18,803 nucleotides of DNA, from contig JAITVV010000083.1 in NCBI GenBank assembly GCA_031285625.1, positions 1 to 18,803 on the forward strand, in the 5' to 3' direction. Position 1 is the first letter of the stretch; each line of letters starts with the position of its first letter. Below are positions 1 through 8,048 of the stretch, piece by piece. The position numbers were made by a program, and so were the translations under genes. A model generated the notes under the pieces. That model was not told the origin of the DNA, did not search any database, and was given only the letters and a program-made list of their open reading frames with translations. The DNA is from Prevotella sp. GTDB taxonomy: Bacteria > Bacteroidota > Bacteroidia > Bacteroidales > Dysgonomonadaceae.

Positions 1-32
1 AATGCTTCTTCTGCAACTTTAATTAAGTCCAT
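1..32 (-). CDS. rplS: 50S ribosomal protein L19, N-terminal fragment (runs off the window start)
   Basis: Reverse strand from ATG at 32 reads MDLIKVAEEA(F), which matches the Bacteroidales L19 N-terminus as I recall it (MDLIKIAEEAF...). It has a consensus promoter and a structured leader upstream. Not in the ORF track because it is truncated. Confidence 0.85.
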   Translation of the reverse strand, partial: MDLIKVAEEA

Positions 33-60
33 GATTATATGATGGTTTTGTTGTTAATAT

Positions 61-98
61 ACGCAATATACACGAGCCTCTCTCGTCAGAGATTACGC
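61..98 (-). ncRNA. Candidate L19 ribosomal-protein leader (cis-regulatory RNA)
   Basis: Minus strand reads GCGUAAU-CUCUG-ACGAG-AGAGG-CUCGU-GUAU-AUUGCGU: an outer 7-bp stem (2 G-U pairs) and an inner 5-bp stem. It lies between the promoter and the rplS ATG and resembles my recollection of the L19-Flavobacteria leader. Confidence 0.65.
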
Positions 99-108
99 AA
101 AGCGGATG

Positions 109-139
109 CAAAGATAAAAATATTTCCGAAATATGCAAA
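109..139 (-). promoter_or_regulatory. Bacteroidetes primary-sigma promoter for rplS
   Basis: Minus strand TTTG (139-136), 19 nt, then TATCTTTG (116-109): a perfect -33/-7 consensus. Confidence 0.85.
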
Positions 140-245
140 GTCTATTATCTTATTTATATGCAGGTTAGATAATATTCCTGATTACAGACTAAAATTTATT
201 ATCATAAGGCCTAATTTCTTTTTAATTTTTTTCATCAGATACCAT

Positions 246-325
246 ATCCCCATTTATTGTTATAAACGACACTAAATTTCATTATTATTTGTGATTGCCA
301 GTTTTTTTGAGAATAAGGACCTTTG
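246..325 (+). promoter_or_regulatory. Promoter of the first TonB receptor with two tandem ATCAC-N8-GTGAT-like boxes
   Basis: ATTG (294-297), 20 nt, GACCTTTG (318-325). Boxes at 246-263 and 278-295. 252-298 matches 2771-2817 at 35/47 positions without gaps. Confidence 0.6.
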
Positions 326-374
326 CCCTCGGTTATTATTATCTATTAACATTTCAATAAAATATATATAAACT

Positions 375-2765
375 ATGAGAAAAATTTCAGCTCTACTCCT
401 ATTATTATTTGTCAGCATATCTTTCATTAGTGCTCAGGTAATAAAAGGAAGAGTACTTGACGAGAAAGGGGAACCTATCCCTTCAGCAACAGTGGTGGTT
501 AAAGAATTGCAAAAAGGCATGTCTACAGACGTAAAAGGAAGATTTAGATTTACACATCTTCCTGCTAGGGAATTAACAGTAGAAGTAAGCTTTGTAGGAT
601 ACAATAAGAACATAAAAAAAGTAGATTTAAGAGAGAATGGCGAGATTCATCTTCAATTTGATATGGAGGTTGACGCCAGAAGCCTAAATGAGATCGAGGT
701 ATTTGGCGAACGATACAAACAGCCTGAGAAACTGGATGCTATCACACGTATGCCATTACGTCCGAGCGAACAAATACAGAGTATATCGGTTATTTCGGAC
801 AAAGTAATTTCTGAACAAGGGGCATTATCTATTACGGACGCTGTGCGGAATGTTCCGGGAGTAACTCTTTTTGGATCTTACGGTGGAGTACGTGAGAGTA
901 TGTCTATCCGTGGATTCCGTGGAGTTCCAGTCTTGAAAAATGGTGTCAGAACAGATTCCCAATTCCAGACTGCATCTATGCAGACAGATATGGCAGGAGT
1001 AGAAAGCATTCAGGTAATAAAAGGGTCTGCTGCTATTACTCAAGGGGTGATTACAGATATAGGTAATGCCGGAGGAGTAATAAATGTAGTAACCAAAACT
1101 CCAAAATTTGTAAACGGAGGAGAGGTTGGAGTACGCGTAGGAAGCTGGGGGCAGGTTCGTCCGACTTTTGACATTCAATCAGTTTTAGATAGCAAAAAAA
1201 CTGTAGCTTTCCGTCTGAATGGAGCTTACGAACGTGCAGACAATTACAGACCGGTTGTGTCAATGGATAAGGTATATATCAACCCATCATTGGAATGGCG
1301 CCCGGATGATATGACAACAGTAACACTGGAGTTGGATTATATGAATGAAAACAAGACTCCGGTAACAAGTACTGTAAATCTTGCCGGTGCCGATGAAGAA
1401 AAATTATATGATATGCCTCATAGCAAGTTCTTAGGATTCAAACAAGACAATGTAAACAACAAGACCCTTACTTATGCAGCACGTATTACACGCATGCTTA
1501 CTGATAAGTTAAGCCTGAGAGCAGCATACTTTAACTCTTCATACAATGTTGATAATACTTCTACAGGACTGTCGGCTTTGAGAAGCCAGCCAACTGATTA
1601 TAATCTTAAACAGCGTACTATTTCACGTAGTTTACGTGATGATAAGAACTCTACATTCCAACTGGACTTTGTTGGAAGAGATGTATATACCGGTACTGTA
1701 AAGCATACATTCCAGGTTGGTTTCGATTACAGAATTGCAGATGCGACAACAACAAACCTTGGATCAATGCTGGTAGATACAATAGACGTACTGGCAGACA
1801 AAATACCGAATGATATGCCTGCAACGTTGAAACTGACAGGAGCAGGAGATCCAGTACAGGCTAAATATACAACCTATGGTATTATGGCACAAGAAGTAAT
1901 GACCATTAATGATTATATAAAAGTAATATTAGGTCTTCGCTACAGCTCGATCTCTACAATCAATGCAACAGCAGGGACAACAAGAAATGACGCATGGAAC
2001 CCAATGTTTGGTTTGATGGTATCTCCTATCAAGAATGTGAATGTATTTGGTTCATATACAACCAGTACAAGTTTAAGATCTGCTGCTCAGATATTAACGG
2101 ATAGCGTTACTCAGGCAGGCCCGTCTACAACAAAACAATGGGAAGTAGGATTCAAATCTGACTGGTTAGATAACAGATTACGTTTCAATTTCACGTACTT
2201 CAATATCAGAACAGAGAACCTGACAAATTCAGAATATATAGAAGGAACCAATACTTCTACTGGTTACTACTACAAAGCAGGAACACTAAAAAGAGACGGT
2301 ATAGAAGTAGAATTGAATGGACGCATTTTACCAAATCTACAGGTAATGCTAGGATATGCCTACCTGAATGCAAGATATGCAGATAGTCCATCCTATGTAA
2401 ACGGTTCCGCTCCAATGAATGCACCAAAACATACAGCTAACGGATGGGTATATTATACTGTCGACAGGGGGCCTATCAGAGGTTTGTCAATTGGTGTGGG
2501 AGCATATTATGTTGGAGACCGTCCTGTGAATGAGTACAGCCTTGCTCCTGACGGACATGGATCCCCGGTAGGGACAAAACCATTCGATATGCCTGCTTAT
2601 ACAACTGTGAATGCACAATTGGCATATACATATAAGAGAGTTACAACACGTGTATTCTTCAACAATATATTTGACGAACTGGGATATAACTCTTATTACC
2701 GTGGTGGTTACATCAATCAGATCGACCCTAGAAACTTTGCAGGAGTAGTATCCTATCGTTTCTAA
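375..2765 (+). CDS. TonB-dependent siderophore-type receptor with N-terminal CarboxypepD_reg-like domain
   Basis: Signal peptide; IKGRVLDEKGEPIPSATV N-terminal domain; plug motifs (QSISVIS, NVPGV, SIRGF, IQVIKGS, GGVINVVTK); barrel ending PRNFAGVVSYRF with a C-terminal Phe. Confidence 0.92.
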   Translation: MRKISALLLLLFVSISFISAQVIKGRVLDEKGEPIPSATVVVKELQKGMSTDVKGRFRFTHLPARELTVEVSFVGYNKNIKKVDLRENGEIHLQFDMEVDARSLNEIEVFGERYKQPEKLDAITRMPLRPSEQIQSISVISDKVISEQGALSITDAVRNVPGVTLFGSYGGVRESMSIRGFRGVPVLKNGVRTDSQFQTASMQTDMAGVESIQVIKGSAAITQGVITDIGNAGGVINVVTKTPKFVNGGEVGVRVGSWGQVRPTFDIQSVLDSKKTVAFRLNGAYERADNYRPVVSMDKVYINPSLEWRPDDMTTVTLELDYMNENKTPVTSTVNLAGADEEKLYDMPHSKFLGFKQDNVNNKTLTYAARITRMLTDKLSLRAAYFNSSYNVDNTSTGLSALRSQPTDYNLKQRTISRSLRDDKNSTFQLDFVGRDVYTGTVKHTFQVGFDYRIADATTTNLGSMLVDTIDVLADKIPNDMPATLKLTGAGDPVQAKYTTYGIMAQEVMTINDYIKVILGLRYSSISTINATAGTTRNDAWNPMFGLMVSPIKNVNVFGSYTTSTSLRSAAQILTDSVTQAGPSTTKQWEVGFKSDWLDNRLRFNFTYFNIRTENLTNSEYIEGTNTSTGYYYKAGTLKRDGIEVELNGRILPNLQVMLGYAYLNARYADSPSYVNGSAPMNAPKHTANGWVYYTVDRGPIRGLSIGVGAYYVGDRPVNEYSLAPDGHGSPVGTKPFDMPAYTTVNAQLAYTYKRVTTRVFFNNIFDELGYNSYYRGGYINQIDPRNFAGVVSYRF

Positions 2766-2844
2766 TCACTATTTATTGTTAGCAAAAGACATAAATATCA
2801 TCATTTATTGTGATTGCAGGATAAAAGAATAACCCTGATCTTTG
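2765..2844 (+). promoter_or_regulatory. Internal promoter with two tandem ATCAC-N8-GTGAT-like boxes
   Basis: ATTG (2813-2816), 20 nt, GATCTTTG (2837-2844). Boxes at 2765-2782 and 2797-2814. Same architecture as 246-325. Confidence 0.6.
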
Positions 2845-2848
2845 TATC

Positions 2849-2934
2849 GATGATAGTTTAAAGAATTACTTAACTTTGATGATAGTTTAATTCCGGTGTT
2901 TTAGCTAAGCTTAGACACCGGAATTTTTCTTTTT
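2849..2934 (+). ncRNA. Candidate small RNA or attenuator leader with a duplicated 13-nt motif
   Basis: Starts just after a promoter, carries GATGATAGTTTAA twice (2849-2861, 2878-2890) and ends in a strong intrinsic terminator. Confidence 0.5.
2889..2934 (+). terminator. Intrinsic terminator
   Basis: Perfect 11-bp stem AATTCCGGTGT (2889-2899) / ACACCGGAATT (2915-2925), extendable inward, followed by a T-rich tract to 2934. Confidence 0.85.
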
Positions 2935-2958
2935 ATATAAAACAACTAAAGAACTATT

Positions 2959-4074
2959 ATGAGAATTTTTTTGAAAAAACTTCACAAATGGCTTTCTATA
3001 CCAGTAGGACTCATCATTACGATTGTCTGCCTTACTGGAGCAATTCTGGTTTTTCAGGATGAAATACTGGAACTCTCAAACCCTTCCCACTATTTTATAA
3101 AGGAAACAAAAGGCAACTCGATACCATTAGATGAATTGATACCGATGGTAAATGCACAACTGGACAGCAACAGCGTTGCCAGCGTACAAATTTCTCACGA
3201 TCCGGAACGTACTTACAGGATGACACTTGCCGAAGGATTCAGAATCACTGCATTTGTCAATCAATATACAGGAGAGGTAACCGGGATGTATAAATTCAGG
3301 GAAAGCCCTTTCTTTACCATCATGTCGCTGCATCGCTGGCTGATGGATGGCAGCCGTACCTGGGGGAAATATACAGTGGGAATATCTACCCTTATTTTTG
3401 TTTTCATACTGATTACCGGACTCATAGTATGGATGCCGAGACGATGGAACAGAAGCCGTTTTAAGATACAGCTTAAAAAAGGGAAAAAGCGATTGTTTTA
3501 CGATATGCACAATGTGCTAGGCGCATATGCTTGTCTTGTATTACTCATATGTGCCCTCACCGGTATGGTATGGTCTTTCGACTGGTACCGCAATGGGATA
3601 TTCAAACTTTTCGGTGCGGAAATCAAGCAGGAACAAGGACATGGAGGCGGTGGCAGAGGAGGAAAGAAAAAAGAAAAGGAGGAGCTGAATATTGCCAACT
3701 GGCAGGACATACTCAATACATTAAAGACATCAAACCCCGATTATGAATATGTACGCGTACAGGATGGTTCTGCTGCTGTTCATCTGAAATCATCGGTTAC
3801 CTCTCGCGCAACCGACCAATATAAATTTGATAAAAGGACTGGCGAAATTACCCAGACTACTCTTTTTAAAGATCAGGAGGGTACAACTAAAATATGGGCA
3901 TGGGTATACTCATTACATGTAGGTAATTACTGGGGCATATGGTCTAAGATATTTACCTGTATATTTTCACTGATTGGTGCCAGCCTGCCTCTGACAGGTT
4001 ATTATATGTTCTTTGTGAGAAGAAAAAAGGAGCAAACAGTAAAAAAACGAAAGGAAGAAAAAAGTGCTTTATAA
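2959..4074 (+). CDS. PepSY-associated TM-helix protein (iron-regulated membrane protein; FoxB/XusC-like)
   Basis: KLHKWLS...TGAILVF, SLHRWL, LITGLIVWMP, YDMHNVLG, TGMVWSF and SLHVG motifs. Four conserved TM histidines. Lies downstream of a TonB receptor. Confidence 0.92.
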   Translation: MRIFLKKLHKWLSIPVGLIITIVCLTGAILVFQDEILELSNPSHYFIKETKGNSIPLDELIPMVNAQLDSNSVASVQISHDPERTYRMTLAEGFRITAFVNQYTGEVTGMYKFRESPFFTIMSLHRWLMDGSRTWGKYTVGISTLIFVFILITGLIVWMPRRWNRSRFKIQLKKGKKRLFYDMHNVLGAYACLVLLICALTGMVWSFDWYRNGIFKLFGAEIKQEQGHGGGGRGGKKKEKEELNIANWQDILNTLKTSNPDYEYVRVQDGSAAVHLKSSVTSRATDQYKFDKRTGEITQTTLFKDQEGTTKIWAWVYSLHVGNYWGIWSKIFTCIFSLIGASLPLTGYYMFFVRRKKEQTVKKRKEEKSAL

Positions 4075-4086
4075 TACATTTTTGAT

Positions 4087-4114
4087 AGGAGAGAACAATG
4101 TTTCTCTCCTTTTT
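4087..4114 (+). terminator. Intrinsic terminator after the PepSY gene
   Basis: Stem AGGAGAGAA (4087-4095) / TTCTCTCCT (4102-4110) followed by TTTT. Confidence 0.75.
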
Positions 4115-4147
4115 CGTTATAATGTGTCATACAAAATGCTAATAATA

Positions 4148-4178
4148 TTTACCCCATCGTCAAAAAATATTACCTTTG
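4148..4178 (+). promoter_or_regulatory. Probable promoter for the GH2 gene
   Basis: TACCTTTG -7 element (4171-4178) followed by C, with a weak -33 (TTTA at 4148-4151) 19 nt upstream. Confidence 0.6.
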
Positions 4179-4275
4179 CGCGCTAGGGATAAGATACCGT
4201 CAGTTGTTACTTAGCAAGTAGGCACACAAATATCCTAATCACACTAAACAAGAATAACCGATTAATATTTTACCA

Positions 4276-7125
4276 ATGATCACCAAAAAACAATCAAAAT
4301 TTTACATGAGTTTGATGATATTATTGATGATATCATTTACTAACATTAATGCTCAGGATTTTATTCCTGGTCAACTATGGCCGGGACTGAGACAGCCGCA
4401 GCCCGAAGCAGAATTACCAAAAGGAAAAGCTCCGTTCCAAACAGCCGAAAGAGTCTCAAAGAGAAATATCCCGACAGTACTAGCCCCTGTTCAGACAGGA
4501 GAATGGATGATTACAGACGGATGGGAACTGACTGATGGAAAAACAGTCCTGGAGTCAGGCAAATCCGTATTTGACCCTCAACTGAACACAGCAGAGTGGT
4601 ACAATGCTACCGTACCGGGCACAGTACTCACTACCCTCGTCAATCAGGGAGTATATCCTGATCCGTATTTCGGATTGAACAACATGAATATACCCGAATC
4701 GCTAAGTCGTACAGACTGGTGGTACAGATGCAAATTTACAGTACCGAATGACGCTGCAGGCAAACAGCTACGTTTGTTATTTAAAGGCATCAACTATAGA
4801 GCTGATATTTATCTGAATGGTAAAAACCTGGGAGATATGACAGGCGCTTTTATACGTGGTGAGTTTAATGTTACCGACCTGGTAAATAAAAGTGGCGAAA
4901 ATATATTAGCTATCCATGTGTTCCCTCCTTACAATCCGGGCATTCCTCACGAACAATCGATGATTGCCGGACAGGGACTTAACGGTGGCGTATTAAGCAC
5001 CGACGGGCCAACTTTTATCTCTTCCATTGGCTGGGACTGGATACCGGGAATCCGCGATCGCAACACAGGTATCTGGCAGGATGTAATACTAAAAGCAGGG
5101 GGCGATATCGTATTAGGCGATCCACTTGTAACAACTGATATCCTACTACCTGATACAACTCAGGCTAAGATTTCAATAAAAGCAATTATTAAAAACATTT
5201 CTTCGAAAACGGTAAATGGCACACTTACAGCGAAGATAGAGAATATAAATATTTCGCTGCCTTGCACTTTAGCACCAAATGAAGAAAAGGAAGTAATATT
5301 CACTCCTGAGCAGTTTAACGAACTGAACATAAAAAATCCTCGTTTGTGGTGGCCAAATGGTTATGGAAATCCTGAACTATATGATCTGGAACTGACTATG
5401 CAGGCTAATAATCAGTTCTCGGATATGAAAAAACTAAAATTCGGTATCCGGGAGATGTCATACGAACTGATGGTAAATGAGAACAACCAGAACAAGCGCG
5501 TACTTTATACTCCGAATGAAACAGTGAGTAAAGGCAAGCCTGTATTTGATTATATCAATCGTGTTTTGTTTGATAAAAGTAACAACCTGCCTGTAATTGC
5601 AAAAGGAGCCGATACTTCCGGACTTCAGGCATTATCGAATGACGATCCTGTAGGCCCATTCCTCGTAATCAGGGTAAATGGAGTAAGAATATTCTGCCGC
5701 GGTGGTAACTGGGGTATGGATGATGGAATGAAACGTGTATCGAGAGAAAGATTAGAACCTTACATCAGATTGCATAAAGATGCAAACTTCAACATGATTC
5801 GTAACTGGACGGGAGAGACTACAGAAGAAGATTTCTATGCACTGTGCGATGAGTACGGAATGCTTGTATGGAACGATTTCTGGATTACGACAGACGATAC
5901 AGTAGAACCAAGCGATTTCCCTTTGTTTGTAAAGAACGCAACAGATGTTGTAAAACGTTTCCGCAACCACCCGTCTATTGCAGTATGGTGCCCGCGTAAC
6001 GAAGGTTTCCTGCCTAAACAAATGGAAGAAAGCATATCTGCAATGGTAGCAAAAGAAGATCCGACACGCCACTACCATGGACAATCACGTTTTCTGAATA
6101 TGGGGACAAGCGGCCCTTGGGGATATTTCAAAGACCCTTCGAAATATTACACAGAAAATGCAAAAGGATTTAATACCGAAATGGGTAGTTATGCAATCCC
6201 CACAGCCAATACAATCCGCAAGTTTATTGCACCTGAAGATCAATGGCCGATCAATGACGTGTGGGCATACCATGACCTGCATCATACGACACAGAATTTC
6301 GGAGACTTTATAAATGCTGTTGACCGTTATGGTAAACCAAACAGTATGGAAGATTTCTCCCGCAAATCTCAGTTTGTAACATATGATGCATGGCGCAATA
6401 TGCTTGAAGCATGGAACAGCAGGATGTGGAACAATACAACAGGTCTTGTACTTTGGATGAGCCATCCGGCTTGGCCAAGCATGATCTGGCAAACATATAC
6501 CTATGATTATGAAACTCCGGGTTCTTATTTTGGTGCAAAAAAGGCCTGCGAGCCCATCCATATACAAATGAACCTACCTGAAAATGATGTAATGATCATT
6601 AATACTACATTACATGATTACAAATCGGTAACTGCCAATCTGCGCTACATTGATTTGCAAGGCAAGGAACTTTATAAGAAGAATATAAAACTGGATGCTA
6701 AAGCTAACTCGGCAACTAAATGTTTCATTCCTGAAAAAGGTAACAACCTGCCTAAACTATATCTGGCACGCCTTGAACTGAAAGATGCAAAAGGTAAAGT
6801 ATTATCTGTTAACGATTATTGGATGACCGATGGCAATAGTAAGTCATATGAAGAAATGAATAAATTAGCTACTGCAACGGTAGATATTAAAACGACCAAT
6901 AGCAAAGGCAAAGTACTGGTAGAGGTATCAAATCCGTCAAATGTATTGGTTGCTGCCGTAAAGCTTAACGCAGTAGATAAGAAAACCAAAGAGGTATTGC
7001 TTCCAGCTTATTTCTCTGATGGATATATCAACCTTTTAGCCGGGGAAAAGAGGACTATAGAACTGGATGTACCTGCTAATATTACCAATTACACCATTGT
7101 AGCAGAGGGATATAATACGAAATAA
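4276..7125 (+). CDS. Glycoside hydrolase family 2 (beta-mannosidase / exo-beta-glucosaminidase-like), secreted
   Basis: Signal peptide; ATVPGTVLTTLV, DWWYR, FKGINYRADIYLNG, GWDW.P..RDRNTGIWQDV, LWWPNGYG, VNG..IFCRGGNW, NMIRNW, CDEYGMLVWNDF, RNHPSIAVWCPRNE (acid/base Glu), NTEMG (probable nucleophile). Confidence 0.9.
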   Translation: MITKKQSKFYMSLMILLMISFTNINAQDFIPGQLWPGLRQPQPEAELPKGKAPFQTAERVSKRNIPTVLAPVQTGEWMITDGWELTDGKTVLESGKSVFDPQLNTAEWYNATVPGTVLTTLVNQGVYPDPYFGLNNMNIPESLSRTDWWYRCKFTVPNDAAGKQLRLLFKGINYRADIYLNGKNLGDMTGAFIRGEFNVTDLVNKSGENILAIHVFPPYNPGIPHEQSMIAGQGLNGGVLSTDGPTFISSIGWDWIPGIRDRNTGIWQDVILKAGGDIVLGDPLVTTDILLPDTTQAKISIKAIIKNISSKTVNGTLTAKIENINISLPCTLAPNEEKEVIFTPEQFNELNIKNPRLWWPNGYGNPELYDLELTMQANNQFSDMKKLKFGIREMSYELMVNENNQNKRVLYTPNETVSKGKPVFDYINRVLFDKSNNLPVIAKGADTSGLQALSNDDPVGPFLVIRVNGVRIFCRGGNWGMDDGMKRVSRERLEPYIRLHKDANFNMIRNWTGETTEEDFYALCDEYGMLVWNDFWITTDDTVEPSDFPLFVKNATDVVKRFRNHPSIAVWCPRNEGFLPKQMEESISAMVAKEDPTRHYHGQSRFLNMGTSGPWGYFKDPSKYYTENAKGFNTEMGSYAIPTANTIRKFIAPEDQWPINDVWAYHDLHHTTQNFGDFINAVDRYGKPNSMEDFSRKSQFVTYDAWRNMLEAWNSRMWNNTTGLVLWMSHPAWPSMIWQTYTYDYETPGSYFGAKKACEPIHIQMNLPENDVMIINTTLHDYKSVTANLRYIDLQGKELYKKNIKLDAKANSATKCFIPEKGNNLPKLYLARLELKDAKGKVLSVNDYWMTDGNSKSYEEMNKLATATVDIKTTNSKGKVLVEVSNPSNVLVAAVKLNAVDKKTKEVLLPAYFSDGYINLLAGEKRTIELDVPANITNYTIVAEGYNTK

Positions 7126-7130
7126 GGGTA

Positions 7131-7862
7131 ATGGATGTATATAAAATAATAGCGGATCAAGATAAAGTAAATGAGTTTATTGACTGGCTTCCCCGTTTAG
7201 AGGAAAACGAGATGTTTTATACTTCTCTGTTTGCTCGGTCAAAATATCATGATAGTGTATCTGCTGATAAGCAGCAGTTAAAACGGTTTACTTCAAATAA
7301 GGAGTGGTTGTTATCTAAAATAATACAGAGCCAATCTATATTTGGCTCTTATTGTAACAAAAATGGAACGGCTATACCCCAAGAAGCTATTGCTATATAC
7401 ATAACACCTAATCCCAGAAATATGGAAAAGGCTGCAATAGCCACAGCCCATAAACTGATAGATCTGGTTAGTTCTCCCTATTCAGGATACAATCCTCACC
7501 AGATATGCCTGAACGAAATTCAAAAAACGAAGAGCAAGACCCGGTTTGTTATTTTCGATTTCGACATAGACAAAGACATTTATGATCCGGCTTTAAACAT
7601 TGGTTATGATAATAAACTCGAAGAAATAAACAAGCTGATTGAATCCATCGAAAAGATTATTCCGGAAAAATGCATGTCTTATATAGAAACCAGAGGAGGA
7701 TTACACGTCTTAGTAAAAGTGGATGAAAAACCGGATACATATAACAAAATGTGGTACAATGATTTTAAACTTATAAAAGGACTGGATCAATCAGGAGATC
7801 AGATGATTCCTATTGTTGGCACTTATCAGGGAGGATTTGTTCCACGTTTTATAAAAATTTAG
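7131..7862 (+). CDS. Hypothetical protein with archaeo-eukaryotic primase (AEP)-like catalytic motifs
   Basis: 243-aa ORF starting 5 nt after the GH2 stop. FVIFDFD, YIETRGGLHVLV and GDQMIPIVGT occur in the order of AEP motifs I-III. Confidence 0.6.
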   Translation: MDVYKIIADQDKVNEFIDWLPRLEENEMFYTSLFARSKYHDSVSADKQQLKRFTSNKEWLLSKIIQSQSIFGSYCNKNGTAIPQEAIAIYITPNPRNMEKAAIATAHKLIDLVSSPYSGYNPHQICLNEIQKTKSKTRFVIFDFDIDKDIYDPALNIGYDNKLEEINKLIESIEKIIPEKCMSYIETRGGLHVLVKVDEKPDTYNKMWYNDFKLIKGLDQSGDQMIPIVGTYQGGFVPRFIKI

Positions 7863-7894
7863 ATTTATCTATATTAAGCAATACAAGTAAAATG

Positions 7895-7944
7895 AAAAGG
7901 TGACAAATAAAACATATAAAAACCTGTTACTTTTGTCACCTTTT
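7895..7944. repeat. Short inverted-repeat element (GTGACA/TGTCAC family), copy 1; may act as terminator
   Basis: Perfect 13-bp IR AAAAGGTGACAAA (7895-7907) / TTTGTCACCTTTT (7932-7944). The right part AAAAACCTGTTACnTTTGTCACCTTTT recurs at 14151-14177. Confidence 0.75.
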
Positions 7945-7957
7945 TCAAATAATACCC

Positions 7958-8032
7958 TGTCATTCTGAACGTAGTGAAGAATCTCTTGTAAAACTTTGAG
8001 GGTCGGGATTCTTTGTTTCACTCAGAATGACA
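7958..8032. repeat. TGTCAT-type REP-like palindromic repeat, copy 1
   Basis: TGTCATTCTGAACGTAGTGAAGAATCT ... GGATTCTTTGTTTCACTCAGAATGACA; closely similar to 10308-10378. Confidence 0.85.
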
Positions 8033-8048
8033 AACAAGATAAAAGACA

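Noticed and set aside
39-275. 78-aa plus-strand ORF
   Set aside because: Overlaps the rplS leader and promoter on the opposite strand and the operator boxes; low-complexity translation of AT-rich DNA.
333-360. Possible Fur-type box after the first receptor's TSS (TTATTATTATCTATTAACATTTCAATAA)
   Set aside because: Plausible position, but too degenerate to separate from AT-rich background by eye.
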